Made by a program: the position numbers and the translations under genes
Part shown: in pieces, positions 18,150-27,465 of the stretch
Layout of the letters: every line of letters begins with the position of its first letter
Numbering within the stretch: the first letter of the stretch is position 1
Notes under the pieces: model-generated
Database searches by the model: none
Seen by the model: only the letters and a program-made list of their open reading frames with translations
Told to the model about the DNA's origin: nothing
From: Chloroflexota bacterium
Lineage (GTDB): Bacteria; Chloroflexota; Limnocylindria; Limnocylindrales; CSP1-4
Direction: 5' to 3'
DNA length: 64,000 nt
Assembly (NCBI GenBank): GCA_016200665.1
Contig: JACQEG010000044.1
Span: 12,192 to 76,191 of the forward strand

Positions 18150-18998
18150 ATGACGGGCTTTGCGCGACCGGAGCTCATCGCCACGCCGGAATGGCTGGCG
18201 GACGAGCTCAGCCGCGAGTCGGTCCGGGTCCTCGACGTCCGGGCGAGACCGGATGGCACCTCCGCCCAGGTGTTCGAGGCCGGTCACGTCCCGGGCGCCG
18301 TTCCGCTCGACTGGCGCGCCGAGCTCATCGAACCGCCGACGGAGGAGACCGGATCGGCGATCCACCTGGTCGGGCCGGAGCACGCGGCCGCCGCGTTCGG
18401 GCGAGCCGGCGTCTCCGAGGGCTCGACGGTGGTGCTGTACGACGACACGCTGTCGCTCTATGCCGCGTGGGCCTGGTGGGCCCTCCGGGTCTACGGCCAC
18501 GAGTCGGCCCGGATCCTGGATGGCGGCTTTCCGGCCTGGCAGGCGTCGCGCCGGCCGGTCAGCACGGCTTCGCTCCCCCACCCCGCCACAACCTTCACGC
18601 CGCGTCCGAACCCGCGCCTCCGGCTCTCGACGACCGACGTCCGGGCGATGCTCGGCTCGCCCGACGTCCAGCTGCTCGATGCCCGCGCCGCAGCCGAGTT
18701 CAAGGGCTTCGAGGGCAACGCCCGCCGGCTCGGCCACATCCCGGGTGCGATCAACGTCCCGATCGGCGCGATGCACGAGCGGGGCCTCCAGGTGGTGCGC
18801 GACCCGGACGCGCTCCGGGCCCAGCTCGCGAGCGCCAACGTGGCTCGCGGCAAGCGCCTCGTCTGCTACGACGGCTCGGGCGTGGGAGCGGCGAAGCTCG
18901 CCTACGTGCTGTCGCTGCTCGGCCACGACGACGTGGCCGTGTACGACGGCGGCTGGTCCGAGTGGGGCGATCGCCTCGACCTGCCGGTCGAGCGGTAG
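18150..18998 (+). CDS. sseA: Thiosulfate/3-mercaptopyruvate sulfurtransferase with a tandem rhodanese domain
   Basis: There are two rhodanese domains. The active-site Cys lies in the CYDGSGVGAA loop. Confidence 0.85.
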   Translation: MTGFARPELIATPEWLADELSRESVRVLDVRARPDGTSAQVFEAGHVPGAVPLDWRAELIEPPTEETGSAIHLVGPEHAAAAFGRAGVSEGSTVVLYDDTLSLYAAWAWWALRVYGHESARILDGGFPAWQASRRPVSTASLPHPATTFTPRPNPRLRLSTTDVRAMLGSPDVQLLDARAAAEFKGFEGNARRLGHIPGAINVPIGAMHERGLQVVRDPDALRAQLASANVARGKRLVCYDGSGVGAAKLAYVLSLLGHDDVAVYDGGWSEWGDRLDLPVER

Positions 18999-19011
18999 GC
19001 AGGTCGCTCCG

Positions 19012-19578
19012 GTGCGCGGTGCGGTCGCCCGGCGAGCGGTGCTCGTCGCGCTCGTCCTCGTCTCGGCGGTCGTGGCGGTCGCCTGGACCCAGGAGCCGCT
19101 CTCGCCGGGCAATGCCGCGGCGGTTCAGGGGCCGCCGGACCAGTCGCCGCCACCGAGCGGCACCGGCGCCATCGCCGTCGCCTTCGAGGCCAATGCGCGA
19201 GTGGCCTACGGCACGGAGGTTCGCAACGGGTTGCTGCCGATGACCATCGACGGACTGACCGTCGATCAGGGCGGCGGCCTGCTCACGGACCTGCACCTGG
19301 TCCTGCTCCGCGATCCGAAGCTGTTCGACTTCGCGGACGGATCGGTCCGGCCGTTCACACCGATCACGCTCGGTCCCGGGGAGACCACGACGATCGGGGT
19401 CGTCGGTCGGTTCGTCGACTGCCGGACCGCGGTCGATCACTTCTCGCCGAGCACGTCGGCGACCCTCGTGGAGCTATGGCTCGACGTGCACGTGGCCGGC
19501 CTGCCTCGGGTGGCCCACGTTCCGCTGCAGCTGCCCGTTGAGCTCCTGGCGCCCGAGACGAGGACCTGTCCGGCCTGA
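19012..19578 (+). CDS. Hypothetical secreted or signal-anchored protein
   Basis: A GTG start lies 13 nt after the rhodanese stop. The N-terminus is hydrophobic (AVLVALVLVSAVVAVAW). GC3 bias is strong. Confidence 0.5.
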   Translation: MRGAVARRAVLVALVLVSAVVAVAWTQEPLSPGNAAAVQGPPDQSPPPSGTGAIAVAFEANARVAYGTEVRNGLLPMTIDGLTVDQGGGLLTDLHLVLLRDPKLFDFADGSVRPFTPITLGPGETTTIGVVGRFVDCRTAVDHFSPSTSATLVELWLDVHVAGLPRVAHVPLQLPVELLAPETRTCPA

Positions 19579-19603
19579 CTGCGGTCGCCCCGCAGTCGTG
19601 TGC

Positions 19604-20158
19604 CTAGATCGAGAGGTCGGTGCCCGTCATGTCCTTGGCGCGCTTGTCGGGCTGGATCCCGAGGTCGACCGCCTTCGACAGCCCGAGGTCCTCCTCGCTG
19701 GCCGCCTCGAGGACGTCGATCTTGGCGCTGTTCACGAGGACCGCCTCGGACTCGATGCGCGTCCAGACGCCGGCCTGCGTGAACTCGAGGATGCTCGAGG
19801 TCATCGCCACGATCGGGCGCCGATCGGTCGTCCGGAGCGGATCGATCGTCGGCGGGGCGTGCAGGTAGCCGAGGACGACGTACGGCCCGACGCGGGCGCG
19901 AACCGGGTATTGGCGAGTCCAGAGTCGTCGCTCGGTGCGGCCCCGCGGACCGCTCGCGGCGATGACGCAGAGGTCGTCGCGCAGGATCGCCGCGGTGTCG
20001 GCCTCGACGACACGGCCGTCGTCGAGGGCCTGGAAGGCGGCGCCGTCGACGTCGAACTGGGTCGTGGATGCGAGCATGTCGGACAGCCGGTCCGCGCTCA
20101 GGGCGAGCTCGCCCGTCACGGTGCAATCGTCCGCATACGCGGTGAACGGGATCTGCAT
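19604..20158 (-). CDS. Hypothetical protein
   Basis: This is a 184-aa ORF with coding-like GC3 bias. No recognised motifs were seen. Confidence 0.5.
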   Translation of the reverse strand: MQIPFTAYADDCTVTGELALSADRLSDMLASTTQFDVDGAAFQALDDGRVVEADTAAILRDDLCVIAASGPRGRTERRLWTRQYPVRARVGPYVVLGYLHAPPTIDPLRTTDRRPIVAMTSSILEFTQAGVWTRIESEAVLVNSAKIDVLEAASEEDLGLSKAVDLGIQPDKRAKDMTGTDLSI

Positions 20159-20261
20159 GGGCCTCAGTCTCGCAGCGATCCATCCCGGAGGGCCCCGGCA
20201 GGGTCACCGTAGGGTACGGGACCTTGAATGTCCCTTGTCAACTCGCACCAGTCATAACGGC

Positions 20262-21992
20262 TCAACCGGCCTTTCGTGCGGCTGCGGTGACAAGATGCTC
20301 CGCCCCGTGCTGGAGGCCTTCGTACAGCTCGCGAACCGTCGCCAGCGTGTCGGCCTCGGCGGCCGACTTGTCGAGCCGAAGGTGGGCGATCCGGGGGAAG
20401 CGCAGGGCGAAGCCGGACGTGTGACGGTTCGATCGGAGGATGACGTCGAACGCCACCTCGACGACGACGGTCGGCTCGACGAGCCGGTAGCGACCGTGCT
20501 GGCTGATCGTGTGCTCCTCGAACCAGCGGGTCATGGTCGCGATCTCGGCATCGGTCAGGCCGCTGTAGGCCTTGCCGATCGTGACCAGCCGGTCGGCCTC
20601 CTCGTCACGGACCGCGAAGGTGTAGTCCGAGAGGACACCGTGACGCTTGCCATGGCCGACCTCGACGCCGACGACGACGCAGTCGATCGTCGCGAGGGCC
20701 TTCTTCATCTTCAGCCAGCCGTAGCCGCGCCGGCCGGGTGAGTAGCGGCTCGTCGGGTCCTTGACCATGAGGCCCTCGTTGCGGCGGGCACGCGCCTCGC
20801 TGAAGGCGGCCTCGAGCGCGTCGACGGAGCCCGCGGTCGCGAGGTGGGACAGGGCGAAGGCACCGCCGTCGGCGACGAGCGGGAGCCCGAGGTGCTCCAG
20901 CGCGAGGCGCCGGTCGGTCAATGGCTCCTCGAGCATCGGCGCGACGGCATCGTCGGTTGGCACCGCGCCATCACCCTGGGCGGCGTGGCGCCGCAGGCCC
21001 AGCACGTCGAAGGCGACGTAGATGACCGGGACCTCCTCGAGGAGGGCCTTCGACGGGTCCTTCCGGCCGAGCCGCGACTGGAGCGCGATGAACGGCAGGA
21101 CGATCCCATCCCGGTAGGCCAGGACCTCGCCGTCGAGGATCCCGTCCCAGGTGAGGTCCCGGGCCGCGCCGACCACCTCCGGGAACTGGCCGGAGACGTC
21201 GTGGAGGTCCCGCGAGTAGAGGCGGACCTCGCTCCCGAGGCGATGGAGCTGGCAGCGGATGCCGTCGTACTTGTCCTCGACCCAGACCTCCGGGCCGAGG
21301 CGGGTCAGGATCTCCCGGGCGTCCTCGGCCGGCGAGGCGAGCATGAACTTCAGCGGGTGGAAGAGCGCAAGCTCGGCGGTGGCGAGGCCGCCCTCCTGCG
21401 CCAGGGTGGCCGTGCGCCCGATGTCGCCGGTGAGCATGCCTGCACGCTTCACCTCGTCGAGCTCGCGCCCGAATGCCTGCGCGATGGCGGCGTCGACGAG
21501 GCCCTCCCGCAGCCCGATGCGGAGCTCCCCGGAGATGACCCGGATCACGCCGCGGGCGGTCTTCGGGTCGCACCGGACGAGGAGGTCCGCGAGGAGCGTC
21601 GACTTGCGGGCCGGCCCGCCGGCGCTCTCGATCGCGGCGAAGGTCGAGGCAACCTCGACGAGGCTCGGCGAGGCCGCCGGGTCCGGAGCGTGGCCGGCGT
21701 TGGCGAGCACGTCGCCGACGGCTGCCGAGAGATCGGAGAAGCGGTCGTAGGCCGTCGCGAGATCGGCCCGATCGGTGTCCGCGATGGCGCTGACCGCCGC
21801 GGCGATGGTCGCCCAGCCGATGCCGGTCGCCCGCTGATCCGCCTCCGGAAAGGGCCGGCCGGTCAGGAAGACGACCGCGATCGGGAGCTCGTCCGGCGAC
21901 AGCATCCGCAGGTACTCGGCCAGCAGCGCCGTCTTCTCGGAGGTTCTCGTCGTGGCGGCGACACGCTCGGCGAGCTCGCTCCAGCGCCGCAT
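20262..21992 (-). CDS. ligB: ATP-dependent DNA ligase, LigB-type, with an N-terminal DNA-binding domain
   Basis: It has EDKYDGIRCQ (the KxDG adenylation motif), EGLMVK, and a LYSRDLHDVSGQFPEV segment. The start was taken at MRRWSEL ('cat' at 21990-21992). Confidence 0.8.
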   Translation of the reverse strand: MRRWSELAERVAATTRTSEKTALLAEYLRMLSPDELPIAVVFLTGRPFPEADQRATGIGWATIAAAVSAIADTDRADLATAYDRFSDLSAAVGDVLANAGHAPDPAASPSLVEVASTFAAIESAGGPARKSTLLADLLVRCDPKTARGVIRVISGELRIGLREGLVDAAIAQAFGRELDEVKRAGMLTGDIGRTATLAQEGGLATAELALFHPLKFMLASPAEDAREILTRLGPEVWVEDKYDGIRCQLHRLGSEVRLYSRDLHDVSGQFPEVVGAARDLTWDGILDGEVLAYRDGIVLPFIALQSRLGRKDPSKALLEEVPVIYVAFDVLGLRRHAAQGDGAVPTDDAVAPMLEEPLTDRRLALEHLGLPLVADGGAFALSHLATAGSVDALEAAFSEARARRNEGLMVKDPTSRYSPGRRGYGWLKMKKALATIDCVVVGVEVGHGKRHGVLSDYTFAVRDEEADRLVTIGKAYSGLTDAEIATMTRWFEEHTISQHGRYRLVEPTVVVEVAFDVILRSNRHTSGFALRFPRIAHLRLDKSAAEADTLATVRELYEGLQHGAEHLVTAAARKAG

Positions 21993-22009
21993 GCGGGCGA
22001 TGGTATACC

Positions 22010-22645
22010 GTGCCTCCCGTGGCGGCCGGAACGTGGTTTCCCGATCAGATCGAGGGCGAGACGGTCGTCCTGCGACGCCACGTGTCGGGCAACCTGGCCG
22101 CCTTCCGGCGGTGGTACGCCGACCCCGAGGTCGCCCGGCTGGCACGCTACCAGGACGCCCCGATGCGGCTCGACGAGATCGACCGGTTCTTCCAGGTCCG
22201 CGCGATCGGGCCGGACTCGCTGGCGATGGCGATCCACGTCGCCGGCTCGGACCGGCTCATCGGCAGCTGTGCCTTCAGCCAGCTCGACGGCGACAACGGC
22301 TCGGCGATGTATCACATCACGATCGGCGAGAAGGACACCTGGGGCCACGGCTACGGCACCGAGGCGACGGCCCTCATGCTCGACCACGCCTTCCGGGCTC
22401 TCGGCCTCCACCGCATCGCGCTCACCGTCTTCGAGTTCAACGAGCGGGCGATCCGCGCCTACCGCCGCTGCGGCTTCACGGTCGAAGGCCGCGCCCGCGA
22501 GGCGATCTGGCGCGACGGCCACTGGTGGGACGAGATCCAGATGAGCATCCTCGGGTCGGAGTGGCGGGCTCGTCAGGACGCGGGCGTGCGGTCGGCATCG
22601 CGGAGGTCGGTCCGACAGGGCAACCCCGCGGTTCGCGCCCACTGA
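22010..22645 (+). CDS. GNAT family N-acetyltransferase (RimJ/RimL-like)
   Basis: The acetyl-CoA binding region reads RIALTVFEFNERAIRAYRRCGFTVEG, with HGYGTEA nearby. Confidence 0.75.
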   Translation: MPPVAAGTWFPDQIEGETVVLRRHVSGNLAAFRRWYADPEVARLARYQDAPMRLDEIDRFFQVRAIGPDSLAMAIHVAGSDRLIGSCAFSQLDGDNGSAMYHITIGEKDTWGHGYGTEATALMLDHAFRALGLHRIALTVFEFNERAIRAYRRCGFTVEGRAREAIWRDGHWWDEIQMSILGSEWRARQDAGVRSASRRSVRQGNPAVRAH

Positions 22646-22725
22646 TGGCCCGCCGCTGATGGCCAGCCGCTGATGGCCAGCCGCTGATGGCCAGCCGCTG
22701 ATGGCCTGCCGCTGATGGCCAGCGT
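22642..22725. repeat. Tandem repeat of about six copies of a 14-bp unit, CTGATGGCCAGCCG
   Basis: Copies start at 22642, 22656, 22670, 22684, 22698 and 22712. The first and fifth carry one substitution each. The array begins at the GNAT stop codon, and its last unit supplies the ATG of the next ORF. Confidence 0.8.
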
Positions 22726-22993
22726 CGGTCCGGCGGCCGAGGCAGCTCGCGCCGCATTCCGCGAGCAGATGCAGGCCAAGGGCCACGCCGTCGAGAACGC
22801 TCGTGCCGCGGTCGCCGGCCTCGACGTCGCGTTCTCGGCCGGCGCGCTGGTCCGGACGCCGCTCCTCGGCCAGATGCTCGACGACCTGATGCTCGCCCTC
22901 GAGCAGGACGAGGGCCAGCGCCTCGGCGGCAAGAGCGCCGAGGCCGCCCGATTCATCCTCCGTGCGATCGACCGGGAGCTGGCCAACGCCTGA
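22715..22993 (+). CDS. Hypothetical 92-aa protein
   Basis: GC3 bias is strong. The ATG lies inside the last repeat unit. Confidence 0.45.
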   Translation: MASVGPAAEAARAAFREQMQAKGHAVENARAAVAGLDVAFSAGALVRTPLLGQMLDDLMLALEQDEGQRLGGKSAEAARFILRAIDRELANA

Positions 22994-23337
22994 CGCGGTC
23001 GCAACCTGGCCGCCGCCGAACGCGGTCGATTCCTGGCCACAGCCGGATTCGGCCGCGAGGTCACGAGGTCAGGGCCATCGGCGAGCCGGTCCCTGCCAGT
23101 TACCAAGACTGTTGGTCAGCGGCGCTGCGGATGCCCCACTCGAGGACCAGCCGGCTCACCCGCGAGGGGGTTGCATGCTCGGCTGACGCCCGAGGCTCGG
23201 GCTGCGGGGTCGCCGGCACCCAGTCTGGCTGCCAGGTACCAACATGCTTGGTGTTCGGCAGAATCGCAGCGTGAGCGTGGATCGGGAAGTCGCCGGGGAC
23301 CCCGCGGAGGCGGCTGGGCTGAGGCGCGAGCGAGGGC

Positions 23338-23368
23338 TTGACTCTCGACCAACCCGAGGGTCCACGAT
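23338..23368 (+). promoter_or_regulatory. MerR-type promoter: TTGACT, a 19-bp spacer, then CACGAT. It lies 6 nt upstream of the merR-family ATG, so the transcript is probably leaderless
   Basis: The -35 is at 23338-23343, the spacer at 23344-23362, and the -10-like element at 23363-23368. The spacer contains short inverted repeats, CTCG..CGAG and GACC..GGTC. Confidence 0.5.
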
Positions 23369-23374
23369 GCGCGC

Positions 23375-24229
23375 ATGCCAGCCGATGACGACCCGGACCT
23401 GATCCCGATCGGGCGGTTCGCCCGCCTCGCCGGGCTGTCCATCGGGGCGCTCCGCCACTACGACGAGCTCGACCTCCTGCGACCGGCCGACGTCGACCGC
23501 TCCAGTGGCTATCGGCGCTACCGGCGGGAGCAGATCGAGACCGCGCTGACCATCCGACGGCTGCGGGACCTCGAGCTGCCCATCGACGAGATCCGCGCCG
23601 TCCTCGCGGCGGACGACCCGGCCGAGCAACGAGAGCTCCTGGCGCGACACCGATCCCGGGTCGAGGCGCGCTCGAACCGGCTCCACCTCGTCATGCACCA
23701 CCTCAGCCAGATCAGCACCGGAAAGGACCGACTCGTGCCCGACCAGCAGACATCGAACCCCGGCGAGCTCGACGCCGCCGCCAACCGGCGACTCGGCGTC
23801 GATCTCTTCAACCACACCTGGACGCTCATCGAGAAGGTCGATCGGACAGCCGCCGAGACCGACGAGATGATCCATGCCGCCCATGCGTCGCGGTGGCACT
23901 GGGGCCGGGCCGAGGGCTCGACGGCCGCCAACCTCGGCCGCGGGGAGTGGCAGTGCTCGCGGGTCTACGCCACGCTCGGCCGCGGCGAGCCGGCGGTGTG
24001 GCACGCGCGTCGCTGCGTGGAGCACGCTGAGGCCGCAGCCGCCGCGGGCCAGGCGGAATCGTGGGACGTCCCATCGTCATACGAGGCGATGGCCCGGGCC
24101 CTCGCCGTTGCCGGCGACCGGGCCGCGGCGGAGGAGTGGCGCGCCCGCGCCCGTGCCGCGGTCGCGGCGATCGCCGATCCGGAAGATCGCCAGATCATCG
24201 AGCAGGACCTCGCGACGTTACCGATGTAG
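23375..24229 (+). CDS. MerR family transcriptional regulator with a ~200-aa C-terminal domain of unknown function
   Basis: The N-terminal HTH reads IGRFARLAGLSIGALRHYDELDLLRP...YRRY. Confidence 0.8.
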   Translation: MPADDDPDLIPIGRFARLAGLSIGALRHYDELDLLRPADVDRSSGYRRYRREQIETALTIRRLRDLELPIDEIRAVLAADDPAEQRELLARHRSRVEARSNRLHLVMHHLSQISTGKDRLVPDQQTSNPGELDAAANRRLGVDLFNHTWTLIEKVDRTAAETDEMIHAAHASRWHWGRAEGSTAANLGRGEWQCSRVYATLGRGEPAVWHARRCVEHAEAAAAAGQAESWDVPSSYEAMARALAVAGDRAAAEEWRARARAAVAAIADPEDRQIIEQDLATLPM

Positions 24230-24295
24230 GGTCCGGGGCGTCACCACGGGGACGTCAACAGCGAACGCCGCACGAATCGGGGGAGCGCCACGAAC

Positions 24296-25486
24296 CTGCC
24301 GCGCCAGCTCGCCATCCTCGCTCTGATCGCTGTCGTGGCGGCGTGCGGTCCGACGCCGACCGGTCAGCCGCCGGGATCGCCCGGCGCCAGCCCGCGGCCA
24401 ACCGCGACGATGCCATCCCCCGGCGAGAGCCCGACCACGAGCGAGGGTCCGCCGCCGATCCCGACGCCCGAGGCCTCGCTGCCGCCATTCGGCGTGCTTG
24501 GCGTCACGTTCGTTTCTGCCACGCACGGCTGGGCCCTGCTGAATGCTGTGTGCTCCAGCGGGGGGTGCCTGCGGATCGTCGAGACGACGGACGGCGGCTC
24601 GACCTGGACCGACATCCAGCCGCCACCGGTGCCACCCAGCTCCGGTATCCCGGCCATGCGCGGCGTCTCCTCGATCCGCTTCGCGAACGCCCGGGACGGC
24701 TGGGTGTTCGGGCCCAGCCTGTGGTCGACCCACGACGACGGCGCGACCTGGAACGAGATCCAGCTTTCGGGCTTCCGCGCGGATTCAATCCAGCAGCTCG
24801 AGGTCGTCGGCTCGGTCGTGGCTGCGGTCGGCAGCACGGCTGACCAGGTGGCGCCGGCGTTCCGCCTCGCCGAGTCCGCCATCGGTGGCGACGACTGGCA
24901 TGCCGTTGGGAGCAAGAGCGAATACGGCGCCGGGCCAGAGCCCACGCCGACCCTCGTCTCGACGCACGGGATGGCGTGGTTCATGCAGGTCGACCGCGTC
25001 CCGGTGGACGGGAGCAGGCGCGTCAACGGCGCCTGGCAGGCCTGGCAGCCGCCGTGCGCTGACGAGGGTGGGCCGGCGGTCCTCGCGGCGGCCTCGGCGA
25101 CGGCGCTTGCGGCGGCCTGCCAGGTCGGCGCGTGGGGTCCGTCTGCCCATGGCTTCCCATTCGGCGGGCGGCTGTTCACGTCGAGCGACGGCGGAACCAG
25201 GTTCGATCCCGTTGGCGATGCCATGCCGATCGATGGCGCCCGCTCGATCGCGATGGCGACCCCGTCCGTGATCGTGGTCGCCGGGCCGGGCGAGAGCGGC
25301 GACGAGCTGCTCCGGAGCGGAGATGGCGGCAAGACGTGGGCCGTCGTTGCGCAGTACGACGGGCGGTTCGTTCGATACCTCGGCTTCACGACCGCGACCC
25401 AGGGGGTCCTGCTCCTGGACACCTCGACCAATGGCTTCCTCATGACCCACGACGCGGGCCTGACCTGGCAGGCGGTCCACTTCTGA
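24296..25486 (+). CDS. BNR/Asp-box (Ycf48-like beta-propeller) lipoprotein. The start codon is probably non-AUG
   Basis: Repeated DGGxTW motifs occur (TDGGSTW, HDDGATW, SDGGTRF, GDGGKTW, HDAGLTW). The upstream in-frame sequence encodes a lipoprotein signal, PRQLAILALIAVVAAC, but has no ATG or GTG other than the GTG at 24335. That GTG lies inside the signal peptide and is the more conservative start. The only other candidate is the CTG at 24296, which has a GGGGGAG RBS 10 nt upstream. Confidence 0.65.
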   Translation: MPRQLAILALIAVVAACGPTPTGQPPGSPGASPRPTATMPSPGESPTTSEGPPPIPTPEASLPPFGVLGVTFVSATHGWALLNAVCSSGGCLRIVETTDGGSTWTDIQPPPVPPSSGIPAMRGVSSIRFANARDGWVFGPSLWSTHDDGATWNEIQLSGFRADSIQQLEVVGSVVAAVGSTADQVAPAFRLAESAIGGDDWHAVGSKSEYGAGPEPTPTLVSTHGMAWFMQVDRVPVDGSRRVNGAWQAWQPPCADEGGPAVLAAASATALAAACQVGAWGPSAHGFPFGGRLFTSSDGGTRFDPVGDAMPIDGARSIAMATPSVIVVAGPGESGDELLRSGDGGKTWAVVAQYDGRFVRYLGFTTATQGVLLLDTSTNGFLMTHDAGLTWQAVHF

Positions 25487-25579
25487 CCGCCCGCCCGCGG
25501 CCCGGTCTGCCGGGAGCGGCGATACTCCGGCCATGTGGAGGCCCGACCAGCTGATCCCGCGCGGCACGGCGGCAGCCTG

Positions 25580-26776
25580 ATGGCCACCGCGGAGAGTGTC
25601 GTCTTCGAGCACGTCACCAAGCGCTACGGCGTCGCCGAGGCGAGGCGGGAGGCGGCCGCCGGCCGGCTGCCGGCCGCCGTGGACGACCTGAGCTTCGAGG
25701 TCCCGGCGGGCAGGATCTGCGTGCTCGTCGGGCCCTCCGGCTGTGGCAAGACGACGAGCCTCAAGATGGTCAACCGGCTCATCGAGCCGACCTCGGGCCG
25801 GATCCTCATCGGGGGCGAGGACGTCGCCACGCGCGACGTCATCGCCCTGCGACGAAGCATCGGCTACGTCATCCAGCAGGTCGGGCTGTTCCCGCACCAG
25901 ACCGTCGGCGAGAACGTCGAGACCGTGACGCGGCTGCTCGGCTGGGCACCGGAGCGGCGGCGTGCCCGGAGCGACGAGCTGCTCGAGCTGGTGGGCCTGG
26001 ATCCGAGCCGCTACGCCACCCGCTATCCGAGCCAGCTCTCCGGCGGCGAGCGGCAGCGCGTCGGCGTGGCGCGGGCCCTCGCCGCGGATCCGCCGGTGCT
26101 GCTCATGGACGAGCCCTTCGGGGCCGTCGATCCGATCGTACGGGAGCGGCTCCAGAACGAGCTGCTCCACCTCCAGGATCAGCTCGCCAAGACGATCCTG
26201 TTCGTGACCCACGACATCGACGAGGCCATCAAGATGGGCGACCTCGTCGCGGTCATGCAGGCGGGCGGGCACCTCGCCCAGTTCGCGCCGCCCGCCGAGA
26301 TCCTCGCGAATCCCGCCTCCGACTTCGTCGCCCGGTTCGTCGGCGCGGATCGCGGCCTCAAGCGCCTCGCCCTGACGAGGGTCAACGAGCTCGACCTCAT
26401 GGCACCGGTGACCGCGTCGCCCGGCGAGGATGCCGCCGAGGCTCGCCGCCGAGCGCTGGCCGACCCGTTCCCGTGGCTGCTGCTCGTCGACGCGATGCGG
26501 CGCCCGCTGGGCTGGGTCGAAGAGGCCGACATCCCGACGAGCGGCAACCTGACCGAGGAGCTCGCGTCTGCGATGTCGCCGTTGCTCGATCGGCGGACGA
26601 CGCTGAAGGACGCGCTGGCCCGGCTCATCGAGGCCGAGGTCCAGGCCGGGGTCGTGACCGACGCCCGCGGCGCGGTCATCGGCCTGGTGACCGCCGAGAT
26701 GATCTTCGACTGGTCGCGCCGCACCGCGGAGGAAGCGCGAGCGAGCGAGGGCCCCACGAGGGAGACCGCCTCGTGA
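25580..26776 (+). CDS. Glycine betaine/proline-type ABC transporter ATP-binding protein (OpuAA/ProV-like) with a C-terminal CBS pair
   Basis: It has the GPSGCGKTT Walker A motif, the LSGGERQRV signature, and a C-terminal CBS region. Confidence 0.85.
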   Translation: MATAESVVFEHVTKRYGVAEARREAAAGRLPAAVDDLSFEVPAGRICVLVGPSGCGKTTSLKMVNRLIEPTSGRILIGGEDVATRDVIALRRSIGYVIQQVGLFPHQTVGENVETVTRLLGWAPERRRARSDELLELVGLDPSRYATRYPSQLSGGERQRVGVARALAADPPVLLMDEPFGAVDPIVRERLQNELLHLQDQLAKTILFVTHDIDEAIKMGDLVAVMQAGGHLAQFAPPAEILANPASDFVARFVGADRGLKRLALTRVNELDLMAPVTASPGEDAAEARRRALADPFPWLLLVDAMRRPLGWVEEADIPTSGNLTEELASAMSPLLDRRTTLKDALARLIEAEVQAGVVTDARGAVIGLVTAEMIFDWSRRTAEEARASEGPTRETAS

Positions 26777-27465
26777 TCGACTGGGGCTGGATCGCCGACC
26801 ACGTCCCGGCGATCCTGGGACGGGCTGTCCAGCACCTCGAGTTCGCCGCGATCGCACTCGTCGTCGGGTTCGCGATCTCGTTCGGGCTCGCGCTGCTCTC
26901 GGTTCGCTACCGCCCGGCCTACCCCGTCGTCGCCGGCCTCGCCGGCATCCTGTTCACGATTCCGAGCCTGGCTTTGTACTCGTCGTTCGTGCCGGTCATC
27001 GGGCTCAGCCTGCTGACCGTCGAGATCCCGCTCGTCCTGTACACGCTGGTCATCTACGTCCGGAACATCGTGGCGGGCTTCGACTCGGTGCCGGCCGAGG
27101 TGCTCGAGGCGGCCGACGGGATGGGCTACACCCGGATGCAGCGCCTGCGGGCCGTTGAGCTGCCCCTCGCGGTGCCGCTCATGGTCGCCGGGCTTCGGGT
27201 CGCGAGCGTCTCGACGATCGGGCTCGTGACGATCAGCGGCATCCTCGGCTCGTCGTTCGGCGGCTTCGGGTTCTTCATCTTCGAGCGACCGAACTTCGCG
27301 ACGGAGATCCTCGTCGGGGCCGTCGGGTCGATCGCCCTCGCGCTCCTCGCCGACGCCCTGTTCGGCGTCCTCCAGCGGCGGCTGACGCCATGGAGCCGCT
27401 TGAACGTCGAGCTCGAGATGGCCAAGACCGGCCGTTCGGCGGCTCAGGCGACCGCGGCCGTGTGA
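26773..27465 (+). CDS. ABC transporter permease (OpuB/ProW-type)
   Basis: The GTG overlaps the upstream stop as GTGA. A GAGGGAG RBS precedes it. There are 5-6 TM helices. Confidence 0.85.
   Translation: MIDWGWIADHVPAILGRAVQHLEFAAIALVVGFAISFGLALLSVRYRPAYPVVAGLAGILFTIPSLALYSSFVPVIGLSLLTVEIPLVLYTLVIYVRNIVAGFDSVPAEVLEAADGMGYTRMQRLRAVELPLAVPLMVAGLRVASVSTIGLVTISGILGSSFGGFGFFIFERPNFATEILVGAVGSIALALLADALFGVLQRRLTPWSRLNVELEMAKTGRSAAQATAAV

Noticed and set aside
18160-19578. 472-aa ORF treated as a single protein
   Set aside because: The first ~280 codons are the rhodanese gene read out of frame. Only the part after the rhodanese stop (19012-19578) looks like a real gene.
21952-22659. 235-aa Arg-rich plus ORF overlapping the GNAT gene
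   Set aside because: It is an alternative frame of the GNAT CDS with low-complexity RGRP content.
22642-22725. Possible CRISPR array or coding repeat
   Set aside because: The 14-bp units are directly tandem with no spacers. The unit length is not divisible by 3, so the array is neither a CRISPR nor an in-frame peptide repeat.
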